Below are positions 9,750 through 18,103 of a stretch of DNA of 32,000 nt, in pieces. The stretch is from Candidatus Kuenenia stuttgartensis (GTDB lineage: Bacteria > Planctomycetota > Brocadiia > Brocadiales > Brocadiaceae), in assembly GCF_900232105.1 (NCBI RefSeq), contig NZ_LT934425.1, positions 960,001-992,000 of the forward strand, given 5' to 3'. Each line of letters opens with the position of its first letter. The first letter of the stretch is position 1. The translations under genes were made by a program, and so were the position numbers. The notes under the pieces were generated by a model. That model saw only the letters and a list, made by a program, of their open reading frames with translations, was not told where the DNA came from and ran no database searches.

Positions 9750-9998
9750 TCATTGGTATCCTTTCATTACAAGCCCTTGTCCAATCGATAGGCAAACAAC
9801 TTTTTCGGGTTTATCAGAGAAAAATGAATCCATAACTTTTTTTGCACCAGGACAAGATGTAAAACCCGAAGTAGTAGAATTAAGCATAACCAGGGTAATT
9901 TGCCAACATCGCCCTGACCAATAGTTGGTCATAATAGACATTACCCGTTCGGCACCGTCGCTGCTTATAGAGTGGATGAATAATAGGAGTCTCCTTGT
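9750..9998 (-). pseudogene. N-terminal fragment of a GT4 glycosyltransferase (paralogue of 6224-7348)
   Basis: The minus strand reads RLLLFIHSISSDGAERVMSIMTNYWSGRCWQITLVMLNSTTSGF. The intact GT reads [45 protein letters not shown]. The fragment has no ATG and no C-terminal domain. Confidence 0.6.
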
Positions 9999-11054
9999 TT
10001 ATCCAAAGACACTAAATACTTCAGAAAGTCTTTTTGCAACGACCTCTGTGCTAAAGTTATTTATCACAACATCGCGGCCCCGCATTCCCATTTCGCGCCC
10101 GGCCATTCGATTCTCGTGCAAATACACAAGGGAATCGAACCAGTCGTCCTGTGATGTGACGCCAAACCCCACATTACCTTTTCCGAGAACCTCGGCGTTC
10201 ATGCCTACAGGGGAAACAACGACAGGAATTCCACACGCCATGTACTGAAGCATCTTGAAACTACACTTACCACGGGTCCATTCATTATCTGGCATAGGCA
10301 TAATGCCGACATCCATCTTTTGGATAGCGTCAACTTCACCGGCTTCTGACCAAGGGATGTACCGAATGCGATTTTGTAGCACTTCCGTAAGTATCGGGTA
10401 ACCGTCAGAAACAACAAGAAGCACCGCATTATCAACCCGCTTGAAAAAAGCGCTTAATACAAAAGAAATACCCTCAAGATAAGGCAGATTACCCCTGGTT
10501 CCAATCCATCCGATTACGAACTCGCCTTCATCTATCGATTCTATGGGAAAGAACCTTTCAACATCAACCGCTGTAGGCACTATGATCACATTCTTATTGA
10601 ACGAGGAAAACCAATCGGCAATGTACTGGTTTCCTGCAAGCACCGCGCTTGCATGAGCAGCAATTCTTGAGGTGCTTCGGGCCGCAGCCCCTGCACGGGT
10701 CAACCATATGGCATCATCAACATCAAAGACCAACGGTGAGCCAAGCATTCGTTCCAGCGTTAAATACCCAGGCAGCAACTCCCTTTGCAGCCATGTAGCA
10801 TGATGCCATCTAGTCTGATATACGGCGGGGGTTCTCATAGCAATCTTCATCCCTTGCCAGGTTGCAACTATCGGGAAGCGTGCGAATCTCGGCCATTGAC
10901 CGATATCGAACGGCACTCCTTTATAGACATTGATTTCTGGAAAATATTCTGAAACATTTATCCCGAGCTTTTGCAATTTCTGGATATTTTGACGAACTCT
11001 AAATCTTGCCCCCGGGATAAAACGGCCTTGAGTTAGCGCGGCGACACGAATCAT
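9999..11054 (-). CDS. glycosyltransferase (GT-B, GT4/GT1-like)
   Basis: 351 aa. The C-terminal motif is EWTRGKCSFKMLQYMACGIPVVVSPVGMNAEVL. There is a 4-nt overlap with the upstream gene. Confidence 0.75.
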   Translation of the reverse strand: MIRVAALTQGRFIPGARFRVRQNIQKLQKLGINVSEYFPEINVYKGVPFDIGQWPRFARFPIVATWQGMKIAMRTPAVYQTRWHHATWLQRELLPGYLTLERMLGSPLVFDVDDAIWLTRAGAAARSTSRIAAHASAVLAGNQYIADWFSSFNKNVIIVPTAVDVERFFPIESIDEGEFVIGWIGTRGNLPYLEGISFVLSAFFKRVDNAVLLVVSDGYPILTEVLQNRIRYIPWSEAGEVDAIQKMDVGIMPMPDNEWTRGKCSFKMLQYMACGIPVVVSPVGMNAEVLGKGNVGFGVTSQDDWFDSLVYLHENRMAGREMGMRGRDVVINNFSTEVVAKRLSEVFSVFG

Positions 11055-12007
11055 GGATTAACCCTCGCCCAGATAGTCATGCGTCCGGTCTGACCAAATA
11101 CACTTAAAAACCAAGCCAGCGGATATAGCGCATATGACCACCTGCCAGCCCGTTCTGGAAAGCTGATAAGTTTTTGCCCCAGCCCGGCATAGCCCTTGCC
11201 TCGCAGCAGGTAACCGGTGCTGGCGATCAGGTTGCTCAACACTCGATGGTGGTGAATCTTCTCCATTGTCCAGCCGCCGGCCTGCAGAACCCGCCCCAGG
11301 GTTTCGGGTGTGAAATGATGAAGATGGTTGGGCAATTGCAGTGCATACCATTTCTCTTTGAACAGGCGAAACTCCAGCGATGCTGAGTTTGGCACGGATA
11401 GCACCAGCCATGCACCGGGCTTGGTCCATTCGCGTAGTTTCTTAAGGCCGCCGATGGGGTCGTGGAGGTGCTCCAGTACCATCCAGCCCACGACAAGGTC
11501 AAAAGGCTCATCAGGCTTCGGGGCAGTTTCCAGTGGCCCGGCATGAACGTGGTAGCCGTGCTGGGCTGCGGCCTGAGCAGCCTTCTCGGAAAACTCGATG
11601 CCCTCCACTTGCCAGCCTTGTCCCGCCATGTGGTGTAGGAACACGCCGGACGCACAGCCCACTTCCAGAAGTCGACCAGGGGCTAGTGGCGGCAAGGAGG
11701 CAACGTTGAAGTTGAAAAACCATTTGACCAAGGGCCTGAGCAACTTCTTGATGCTGGAAGCCTGCTTGGGCTTAGCCTGCTGCACCCGTGTGCCCAGGTA
11801 AGGGCCGTAGTCATCTGGGTAATAGAAGCCGATGCTGTCTGGACTTGGACGGGGGTTGGTGCGCATTAGGCCGCATTCAAAGCATTTGACGACGGCGAAT
11901 TCACCGGGAAGGTCGTGAAGCAGGTCGCGCCCAATGAGAACGATATTGTCGTTCCTCGGACAGCCCAAGGGGCAGGAGACATTCTCTATACAAGTCGAAT
12001 CAATCAT
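11051..12007 (-). CDS. class I SAM methyltransferase with N-terminal Cys4 zinc-ribbon
   Basis: 318 aa with CPLGCP...CFECGLMRTNP, LLEVGCASGVF and FDLVVGWMVLEHLHDP. Its GC content is visibly higher than that of its neighbours. Confidence 0.85.
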   Translation of the reverse strand: MIDSTCIENVSCPLGCPRNDNIVLIGRDLLHDLPGEFAVVKCFECGLMRTNPRPSPDSIGFYYPDDYGPYLGTRVQQAKPKQASSIKKLLRPLVKWFFNFNVASLPPLAPGRLLEVGCASGVFLHHMAGQGWQVEGIEFSEKAAQAAAQHGYHVHAGPLETAPKPDEPFDLVVGWMVLEHLHDPIGGLKKLREWTKPGAWLVLSVPNSASLEFRLFKEKWYALQLPNHLHHFTPETLGRVLQAGGWTMEKIHHHRVLSNLIASTGYLLRGKGYAGLGQKLISFPERAGRWSYALYPLAWFLSVFGQTGRMTIWARVNP

Positions 12008-12729
12008 TTTATAGCCTCACAAGCCCAGCCAAATGGTTCATCCTTCTTTTTATCGAACCTATCAAGCCACAAGAACATCACTTGCAGCAAGCGCATAATT
12101 CCTATCGCAACAATTTTGATAGGGAAAAGTGCAATTCCAATGACGTTTGGATTGTTGCTGCGAAGCCCTGTTGGCGGGAAAATTGTCAAACCCCGCGGTA
12201 ACTCGTATGCCCAACGTACCCAAAGACCTCCAAAATTGGTGATCTTGATTTCCTGGAATCCAGCGTGCTTGCAGATGGATTCAAGCCCATAGGAAGTATA
12301 TCTAAAAAAGTCATATGGGGTCTGATGTTCAGGATGAGCCATCGGTACCGTCATATATAGCTTTCCACTTGGCCTAAGGACGCGATACATTTCCTTGACG
12401 CTTTCCTGTGGCCATTCAAGATGTTCAAGCACTTGAGTACACAGCACCGCATCGAAGCTATCATCCTTGATAGGCATTTCATGTAAGGGAGCAACATAAT
12501 CAAGATTGGCATAATTCCAACGGCTCTCCCCCACGGCTAAATCAATCGCTTTATAGTTGCAATGAGAAAAGAGTTTTTTGTAAACACCTTCACCTGCTCC
12601 AGCATCCAATATAGAAGCGCCCTTTGGCAGACTCTTTGCTACGCTCTCTACGAAACGAGTCACATACCATCTACCTATATCCTGTATTTTACTTCTCGTT
12701 GAGAAGTCTTCATTCACAAGCATCAGCAT
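12004..12729 (-). CDS. class I SAM methyltransferase
   Basis: 241 aa with ILDAGAGEGVY, FDAVLCTQVLEHLEWP and LRPSGKL. Confidence 0.85.
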   Translation of the reverse strand: MLMLVNEDFSTRSKIQDIGRWYVTRFVESVAKSLPKGASILDAGAGEGVYKKLFSHCNYKAIDLAVGESRWNYANLDYVAPLHEMPIKDDSFDAVLCTQVLEHLEWPQESVKEMYRVLRPSGKLYMTVPMAHPEHQTPYDFFRYTSYGLESICKHAGFQEIKITNFGGLWVRWAYELPRGLTIFPPTGLRSNNPNVIGIALFPIKIVAIGIMRLLQVMFLWLDRFDKKKDEPFGWACEAIK

Positions 12730-12869
12730 TATCCTAATAATACGAAGGCAAATTATTTAAAGGGGCACACCCAAGCACCCCAATTGATTGCATTGAGCAC
12801 GATGTGGCTGTGGCATTGGTTATACATACGTCATTGTCATTACATGCTGGCGGTTTTTTCCGTAGGCTC

Positions 12870-13508
12870 CTATCGGGAGGGAGACTTGATACGGGTTTCC
12901 CGAATACGCCTATGATAATAATCAATCAGTGCATGGATATTCTCGGATAACAAGTAGGGTACAGCCTCACGGACGATTTCCTCAGGCCAGTCCCACCATG
13001 CCATCTCAATTAACTCGGCAATTATTTCTTCAGGGAAACGAAATCGAATATGTCTAGCTGGGTTGCCGCCAACAATTGAGTAAGGCGCAACATCTTTTGT
13101 TACCAGGGCCTTTGCCCCAATCACAACACCATTGCCAATAGTAACCCCTGATAAAATTAACGCTTCCCGTCCAATCCAAACATCATTTCCAATAATAACA
13201 TCACCTTTAGTGATAGGATGAGCTTTAATGGCCAACCATTCTCTGTAATATAGATTTAGTGGTGATGTAGTAGCCAAATCAGACCTATGCTCACCCCCGA
13301 GCATAATAACAACGTCGTCAGCAATAGAGGTATATTTCCCTATACTTAGGGATGCGCCGCTCCCAGGAAATAGTATTCTTGGTTTTCCATAACTCTTGTC
13401 TCCGATATTGAACCCAGCCAAATCTGGGTTTTCTTTCATCAGAAAGCGGTAAGGTCCCGGGCGCGAAAACCATTTTGTGCGTATACGCCACACCAATCTC
13501 TTAAACAT
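12870..13508 (-). CDS. hexapeptide-repeat (LbH) O-acetyltransferase, CatB/Vat-like
   Basis: 212 aa. It carries repeated [LIV]G-x4 hexapeptides (IIGNDVWIGREALILSGVTIGNGVVIGAKALV) and the GGNPARHIRFRF...WWDWP tail typical of xenobiotic-type acetyltransferases. Confidence 0.85.
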   Translation of the reverse strand: MFKRLVWRIRTKWFSRPGPYRFLMKENPDLAGFNIGDKSYGKPRILFPGSGASLSIGKYTSIADDVVIMLGGEHRSDLATTSPLNLYYREWLAIKAHPITKGDVIIGNDVWIGREALILSGVTIGNGVVIGAKALVTKDVAPYSIVGGNPARHIRFRFPEEIIAELIEMAWWDWPEEIVREAVPYLLSENIHALIDYYHRRIRETRIKSPSR

Positions 13509-14757
13509 ATTTTTTCTCAGAAATTTTCTTGGTCATCAAAGCCCACGATATTAAGAAATAAATACTTACACCCATGGCCAAGCCAAGAGCGCCCATAACA
13601 TAAAACATTAGAATCTTTATTACCACGCCCAGCGAATAGGCAACCATACCTACTGCTGTTGGTGATTTAGTATCACCCAGTGAATAAAACATGGATGTCA
13701 TTATCATACCCAGATTGCCAATTGCGAATTGCCCGGACATCAATAACATCATCAACCATAACAATTTCAAGTTCTGATTGGATAATTTGCCATATCCAGC
13801 TAATAGAGCGAGTAGGGGTTGACCGAACAGACCTAAAATCAATAGACCGGCGAGGCTGAACGCACCCACTTGCAGCAATTTCCGGTGATATATCCTCCGA
13901 AAGCCTGCCTTGTCCCCCGCCTTGTCGAGCCGACTGAGTGCTGGCACCAAGGGCGTCGAGATCGCCTTGTTGATAACTTGGCTGACAGCACCATAAATCT
14001 GTTGAGCGAGGTAATATAATGACAGGCTACCACTACCGGCAGAGGAAAGCAAAAAGCGGTCAACCAAGGGATCCGTCTTGTAGTAAGCCGTGCCCAGAAG
14101 TAGGGGTTTGATGCGCCGCCAGGCTTCTCTGATGGCCGGGCTTTTCAAGTCTGGACGAACCGGGCTACCCATACCGGGGGCGAGTAGCAAGGTTTGCAGT
14201 CCCATGCGCAGGGTGCTTATCCATGCAGCCGCAATCACACCGAAACGGGGAAGCGCCCAAACCAATAGCAGCAAGGCAAAGACACTTGCCAAAATCGGAG
14301 TAAATTCGGCCCACAAAAACTGCTGTCGTGCATGGTAAGCGGCCCATTGCACACCATTTATAGCAGTAAAGACCATGCCAACGAGTTGGATGCGGGTAAG
14401 CTCTACAGTCAATGCCTGCCCCGCTTCATCGAAGCCTGGCACGGTGAGCGGTACCCACCACGGGGCTGCCGCATAAAGCAGAAAGGCCAACAGCCCGAAC
14501 AAACCTCCGATAAGAGCAAGAAATCCCCATGCGTCATGCCGAATACGATCTTCGCTTTCTCCCGAAAGAAGCGGCACCAGTACATGCATAAGTGAACCAC
14601 TGATAACCGCAAGGACAAGCTGCGGCATCGCCATGCCGGCAAACAGGGCATCTGTGTAAGCACCAGGCCCCAGTTGCGTAAGCACATACCATTGAAAGAA
14701 AAACGAAAGACCAATGTTGGTGGCTGAAAGTATGCCGAGTTGAATAAATAGTTTCAC
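13501..14757 (-). CDS. MOP-superfamily (Wzx/MurJ-like) oligosaccharide flippase
   Basis: 418 aa with about 12 hydrophobic segments. It lies first in the cluster on the minus strand. This is a family-level call only. Confidence 0.7.
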   Translation of the reverse strand: MKLFIQLGILSATNIGLSFFFQWYVLTQLGPGAYTDALFAGMAMPQLVLAVISGSLMHVLVPLLSGESEDRIRHDAWGFLALIGGLFGLLAFLLYAAAPWWVPLTVPGFDEAGQALTVELTRIQLVGMVFTAINGVQWAAYHARQQFLWAEFTPILASVFALLLLVWALPRFGVIAAAWISTLRMGLQTLLLAPGMGSPVRPDLKSPAIREAWRRIKPLLLGTAYYKTDPLVDRFLLSSAGSGSLSLYYLAQQIYGAVSQVINKAISTPLVPALSRLDKAGDKAGFRRIYHRKLLQVGAFSLAGLLILGLFGQPLLALLAGYGKLSNQNLKLLWLMMLLMSGQFAIGNLGMIMTSMFYSLGDTKSPTAVGMVAYSLGVVIKILMFYVMGALGLAMGVSIYFLISWALMTKKISEKKYV

Positions 14758-14846
14758 GGTTTACATAACCTGAATTTGTTCATTAAAGATAGTCAGCACA
14801 CTAATTGTTGATACAATAAGCACTAGAAGTATTTGTAGAAGTACGT

Positions 14847-14925
14847 GAGGGTCTCATCTTAAATGTTAAGCAAATGTCCACGGTGACAAATAATATCCAA
14901 AATATGAAATAACAAATCCCAAATA
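14847..14925. repeat. ~79-bp dispersed repeat (second copy 23669-23747; related A/C-rich tracts at 17750-17830 and 21220-21280)
   Basis: GAGGG..CATCTTAAATGTTAAGCAAATG.CCACGGTGACAAATAATATCCAAAATATGAAATA is shared almost base for base between the two loci. Confidence 0.75.
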
Positions 14926-15189
14926 AATCACAAAATCCAATTTTCAAAATTCCAATTTAATAATTAATAATTACTCATCGCAAAAAAGTTTTGCCACGAA
15001 GGCGCAAATAGTTTTCTTACCACAGATGAACCCCGTACGATAACCTTCGGTTCCCCACAGGGCAGGCACGAATGGATACGAATAAGCGCAACTATCAGTG
15101 CTTGTGTCAGTGTTCAGTGTTAGACAATAAGTTTTGAGTTGCTGTTTTAGCATTAATAAGGTTCGTCTTTAAATTAACTGTGGGTATTT

Positions 15190-15402
15190 CTACGCATAAA
15201 TAAGTCTTCCTTTTGGTTCTGGTATTTCTCTACCAAGGCTCTTTGCCGTTTCTATCCATTCTGAAATCGCAATCTTCACATTCCATATAGCATCTTCATA
15301 TGATACACCATCTGACATACAACCAGGTAACTCAGGAACTTATACAATATATAAATTATCTACGTCACTCCAATATATTATCATTTCATATTTATACATC
15401 AT
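15190..15402 (-). pseudogene. hicB: HicB-family antitoxin with in-frame TAA
   Basis: The RBS GGAGG is followed by MMYKYEMIIYWSDVDNLYIV*VPELPGCMSDGVSYEDAIWNVKIAISEWIETAKSLGREIPEPKGRLIYA. The stop is at 15340-15342. Confidence 0.65.
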
Positions 15403-15563
15403 CAACCTCCTTATTAAGTTTATATTTTAGTATCAGGTTTCTTATCTGTTTTACTTGATATGCTTTAGCTTTTCCATAAAGTCAGCTTTCTTAAATCTTC
15501 AAATCTTATATTTTTATCCGATAATCCAGAAAGAATTTTATCAAGTACCTTTTTTTTATTCAT
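15392..15563 (-). pseudogene. hicA: HicA-like toxin remnant (internal deletion/frameshift)
   Basis: The N-terminus MNKKKVLDKILSGLSDKNIRFEDLRKL and the C-terminus KAKAYQVKQIRNLILKYKL are in different frames. The central part is missing. The stop overlaps the hicB ATG. Confidence 0.5.
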
Positions 15564-15583
15564 TTCATATTTTTATACAAAGA

Positions 15584-15668
15584 TGAAAACCAATAAAACC
15601 AGCCGCACCGGTAACCAATATCTTTCTCATATATTAATATTCCCTTTTATAACCGCCACAGGCGTACA
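15584..15668 (-). pseudogene. orphan duplicate of the epimerase gene 5' end plus ~38 bp of its upstream region
   Basis: 15584-15668 aligns by eye with 17596-17680. It encodes [16 protein letters not shown] and then breaks off. Confidence 0.7.
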
Positions 15669-16127
15669 GGGAGCATTCCCGATTTTTTGTAAAAATGTCA
15701 TTAGCAGGGGGGGAATAGTAACACAAGCATCCAGCTTGAGGGTAAAATACCACAAGCAGGGATGCTTGTGGTACAATGTACAATTAGTTAACCAAAAATC
15801 GGGAATGCTCCTGTTCAAACTATGTCCCCCGCTGGCGGGGGTGCAGGGGGTGGACTGGATTTCTCCACCGATTCAACTACTCCTTTATTATGAAAGCAAA
15901 TTTGCCCCTCTTTCCCATGCTCCGCAGACAATTCCACCCCCTTAATCCCCCGCCAGCGGGGGACAGGCTTGCCACATCCCTTGCAGCTTTCATGCACTTG
16001 TGGTGTTGATCCGGGTGCATTCCCGGTTTTTTGTGACTTCTGCCATGTTTTTAATGAAACGTACAGTAGTATTAACCCCTGGCAGCGTTGTTTTGCCCCA
16101 ATCACACAAACGGTTACAAAAAATCGG
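15669..16127. mobile_element. 459-bp non-autonomous TIR element (MITE-like, possibly nested) with 8-bp TSD
   Basis: The outer ends GGGAGCATTCCCGATTTTTTGTAA and TTACAAAAAATCGGGAATGCTCCT match 22/23 as inverted repeats. They are flanked by the direct repeat GGCGTACA (15661-15668 and 16128-16135). The paralogous site at 17671-17685 carries a single GCCGTACA. Confidence 0.65.
15823..15965. repeat. pair of inverted GC hairpin motifs (TGTCCCCCGCTGGCGGGGG ... CCCCCGCCAGCGGGGGACA)
   Basis: This is a 19-bp perfect inverted repeat about 105 bp apart, inside the 459-bp element. A third copy of the motif lies at 21376-21394. Confidence 0.55.
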
Positions 16128-16467
16128 GAATGCTCCTGGCGTACACCATTTTTTCTTAGGGTTTCGGAATTGTGGGATTAATGGGGTCAAGTCTTGTCAG
16201 GTCGTCCGAGAATGCAATCGTAATCTTTAATGTATACTATATGTTGTCTAATATTAATATGATTGATCAATATGTAGTATAGTATTTGGTACTCAAGGCA
16301 ATTCGCGGACAACCTGTTGTTTCTTGACATTCCCCTTTTTGGAAAACAGAGACTCTTCCCATCTTCCTAACCCCTTCCAGATGCCCTTACATAATATGCC
16401 TCAAGATCCTTAAACCTTCAAATTCCGTATTTACTAATTGGTGTAAGTCAATAAAGTTATACTTTGT

Positions 16468-16642
16468 ACTACAATCCATCAACTTCTTGTTTTTTATGCT
16501 CGTTTTTCAAGCTGCACAAACGTAAGGCATTAATTAAATGATGCCTACGTAAAGTTTGGAGTATTGAGTTTTTGTCATTTGAAATTGTTTTGTATTTAGA
16601 TATTCGTATTTCGAATTTGGTTGCGGCCAAAGGCCGCGCCAA
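16468..16642 (-). mobile_element. 175-bp MITE derived from the ends of the 1,700-bp IS (copy 1)
   Basis: It is the same 175-bp sequence as 17899-18073 and 24828-25002. Its first ~45 bp and last ~25 bp match the two ends of the IS at 19374-21073. Confidence 0.85.
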
Positions 16643-17642
16643 GATATTCCCTGTACCACCCCACAAACCTCTTAATCCCTTCTTCTATTGGAGTAGACGG
16701 TTTAAAATCAACATCTCGTACTAAATCGTCAATATCGGCATATGTTGCAGGAACGTCGCCTTGTTGCAGAGGTAAAAGATTTTTTACCGCCTTTTTACCA
16801 AGATAATCTTCAAGAACTTCAATAAAATGCATAAGCTCAACGGGATTATTATTTCCTATGTTATAAAGCTTATATGGCGCATAGCTCGTAGCAGCATCTG
16901 GTTTATCGCCATTCCATTCAGGATTTGGTTCCGGAGTTTTATCCATCACCCTGACTACACCCTCAATAATGTCTTCTATATAGGTAAAATCCCTCTGCAT
17001 CTTTCCATGATTAAACACATCTATTGGCCTTCCCTCTAATATTGCCTTTGTAAAGAGAAACAATGCCATGTCTGGCCTTCCCCATGGACCATATACAGTA
17101 AAGAATCTGAGCCCAGTACATGGAATCTTATACAGGCTTGAATAGGTATGAGCCATGAGTTCATTGGCTTTTTTAGTGGCGGCATAAAGGGAAACGGGAT
17201 GGTCAACGTTGTGATGGACGGAAAAGGGCATTTTTGTATTGGCTCCGTAAACAGAACTTGAAGAGGCATAGACAAGATGTTTCACTTTATTATGCCTGCA
17301 TCCTTCGAGGATATTCATAAATCCGTTGATATTGCTGTCTATGTAGGCATAAGGATTTGTCAAAGAATACCTCACCCCCGCCTGGGCAGCAAGATTTACA
17401 ACGATGTCAAATTTCTGGTTTGAAAAGAGCTTTGTGATTGCTTCTCTCTGTGCAATGTCCCCTTTTATAAACTTAAAATTTGTATGTCCTTCAAGCTGTT
17501 TCAAACGGGCATATTTAAGATTTACGTCGTAGTAATCATTGAGGTTATCTAATCCAATTACATCCTCTCCAAGTGCAATTAATCTTTTGGATAAGTGAAA
17601 ACCAATAAAACCAGCCGCCCCTGTAACCAATATTTTTCTCAT
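16596..17642 (-). CDS. NAD-dependent nucleotide-sugar epimerase (UDP-glucuronate 4-epimerase / TviC/CapI-like), C-terminus altered by MITE
   Basis: 348 aa with [17 protein letters not shown], the SSSSVYG...YAATKKANE catalytic S/YxxxK motif, and [17 protein letters not shown]. The last 14 codons ([14 protein letters not shown]) are MITE sequence. Confidence 0.9.
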   Translation of the reverse strand: MRKILVTGAAGFIGFHLSKRLIALGEDVIGLDNLNDYYDVNLKYARLKQLEGHTNFKFIKGDIAQREAITKLFSNQKFDIVVNLAAQAGVRYSLTNPYAYIDSNINGFMNILEGCRHNKVKHLVYASSSSVYGANTKMPFSVHHNVDHPVSLYAATKKANELMAHTYSSLYKIPCTGLRFFTVYGPWGRPDMALFLFTKAILEGRPIDVFNHGKMQRDFTYIEDIIEGVVRVMDKTPEPNPEWNGDKPDAATSYAPYKLYNIGNNNPVELMHFIEVLEDYLGKKAVKNLLPLQQGDVPATYADIDDLVRDVDFKPSTPIEEGIKRFVGWYREYLGAAFGRNQIRNTNI

Positions 17643-17898
17643 GTATCAATATTCTCCTTTATAACCGCCATAGCCGTACACCATCTCCACTCAGAAAAGG
17701 GGGGAAAGGAACATATTTGGGGCCAGACCTCGAATATAGAAAACAAAATTCAGCCCGCAATATCCAAAATATGAAATACCAAAACTCAAATAACAAATTT
17801 CAAATAATATTCAAAATCCAATTTTAATAATACAAGTTTTATTATTTTCACCTGCCAAAGTTATTTTTACTCAATATCTTTTATCAGTGCTTATTCGT

Positions 17899-18073
17899 AC
17901 TACAATCCATCAACTTCTTGTTTTTTATGCTCGTTTTTCAAGCTGCACAAACGTAAGGCATTAATTAAATGATGCCTACGTAAAGTTTGGAGTATTGAGT
18001 TTTTGTCATTTGAAATTGTTTTGTATTTAGATATTCGTATTTCGAATTTGGTTGCGGCCAAAGGCCGCGCCAA
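17899..18073 (-). mobile_element. 175-bp MITE (copy 2), between dehydrogenase and epimerase genes
   Basis: It looks identical by eye to copy 1. The flanks read ttattcgt^gtatatccgtgg, a relative of the catccgt^gtgaattcgtgg target. Confidence 0.85.
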
Positions 18074-18103
18074 GTATATCCGTGGCTAAATTTTACTACC
18101 CTT

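Noticed and set aside
11058-11801. Cluster of 67-139-aa ORFs on both strands inside 11051-12007, and similar ones inside 13501-14757
   Set aside because: These are typical stop-poor shadow frames of GC-rich coding sequence. All are nested in well-supported genes.
12734-12925. 63-aa ORF between the acetyltransferase and methyltransferase genes
   Set aside because: It overlaps the acetyltransferase 3' end, has no motifs and has odd composition. It is likely non-coding spacer.
15583-16230. ORFs of 60-120 aa across 15583-16230 and at 21220-21973 and 22372-22581
   Set aside because: They are built from palindromic repeat, MITE and hairpin sequence (e.g. PPLAGVQG from CCCCCGCTGGCGGGGG). They have no RBS and no coding-like composition.
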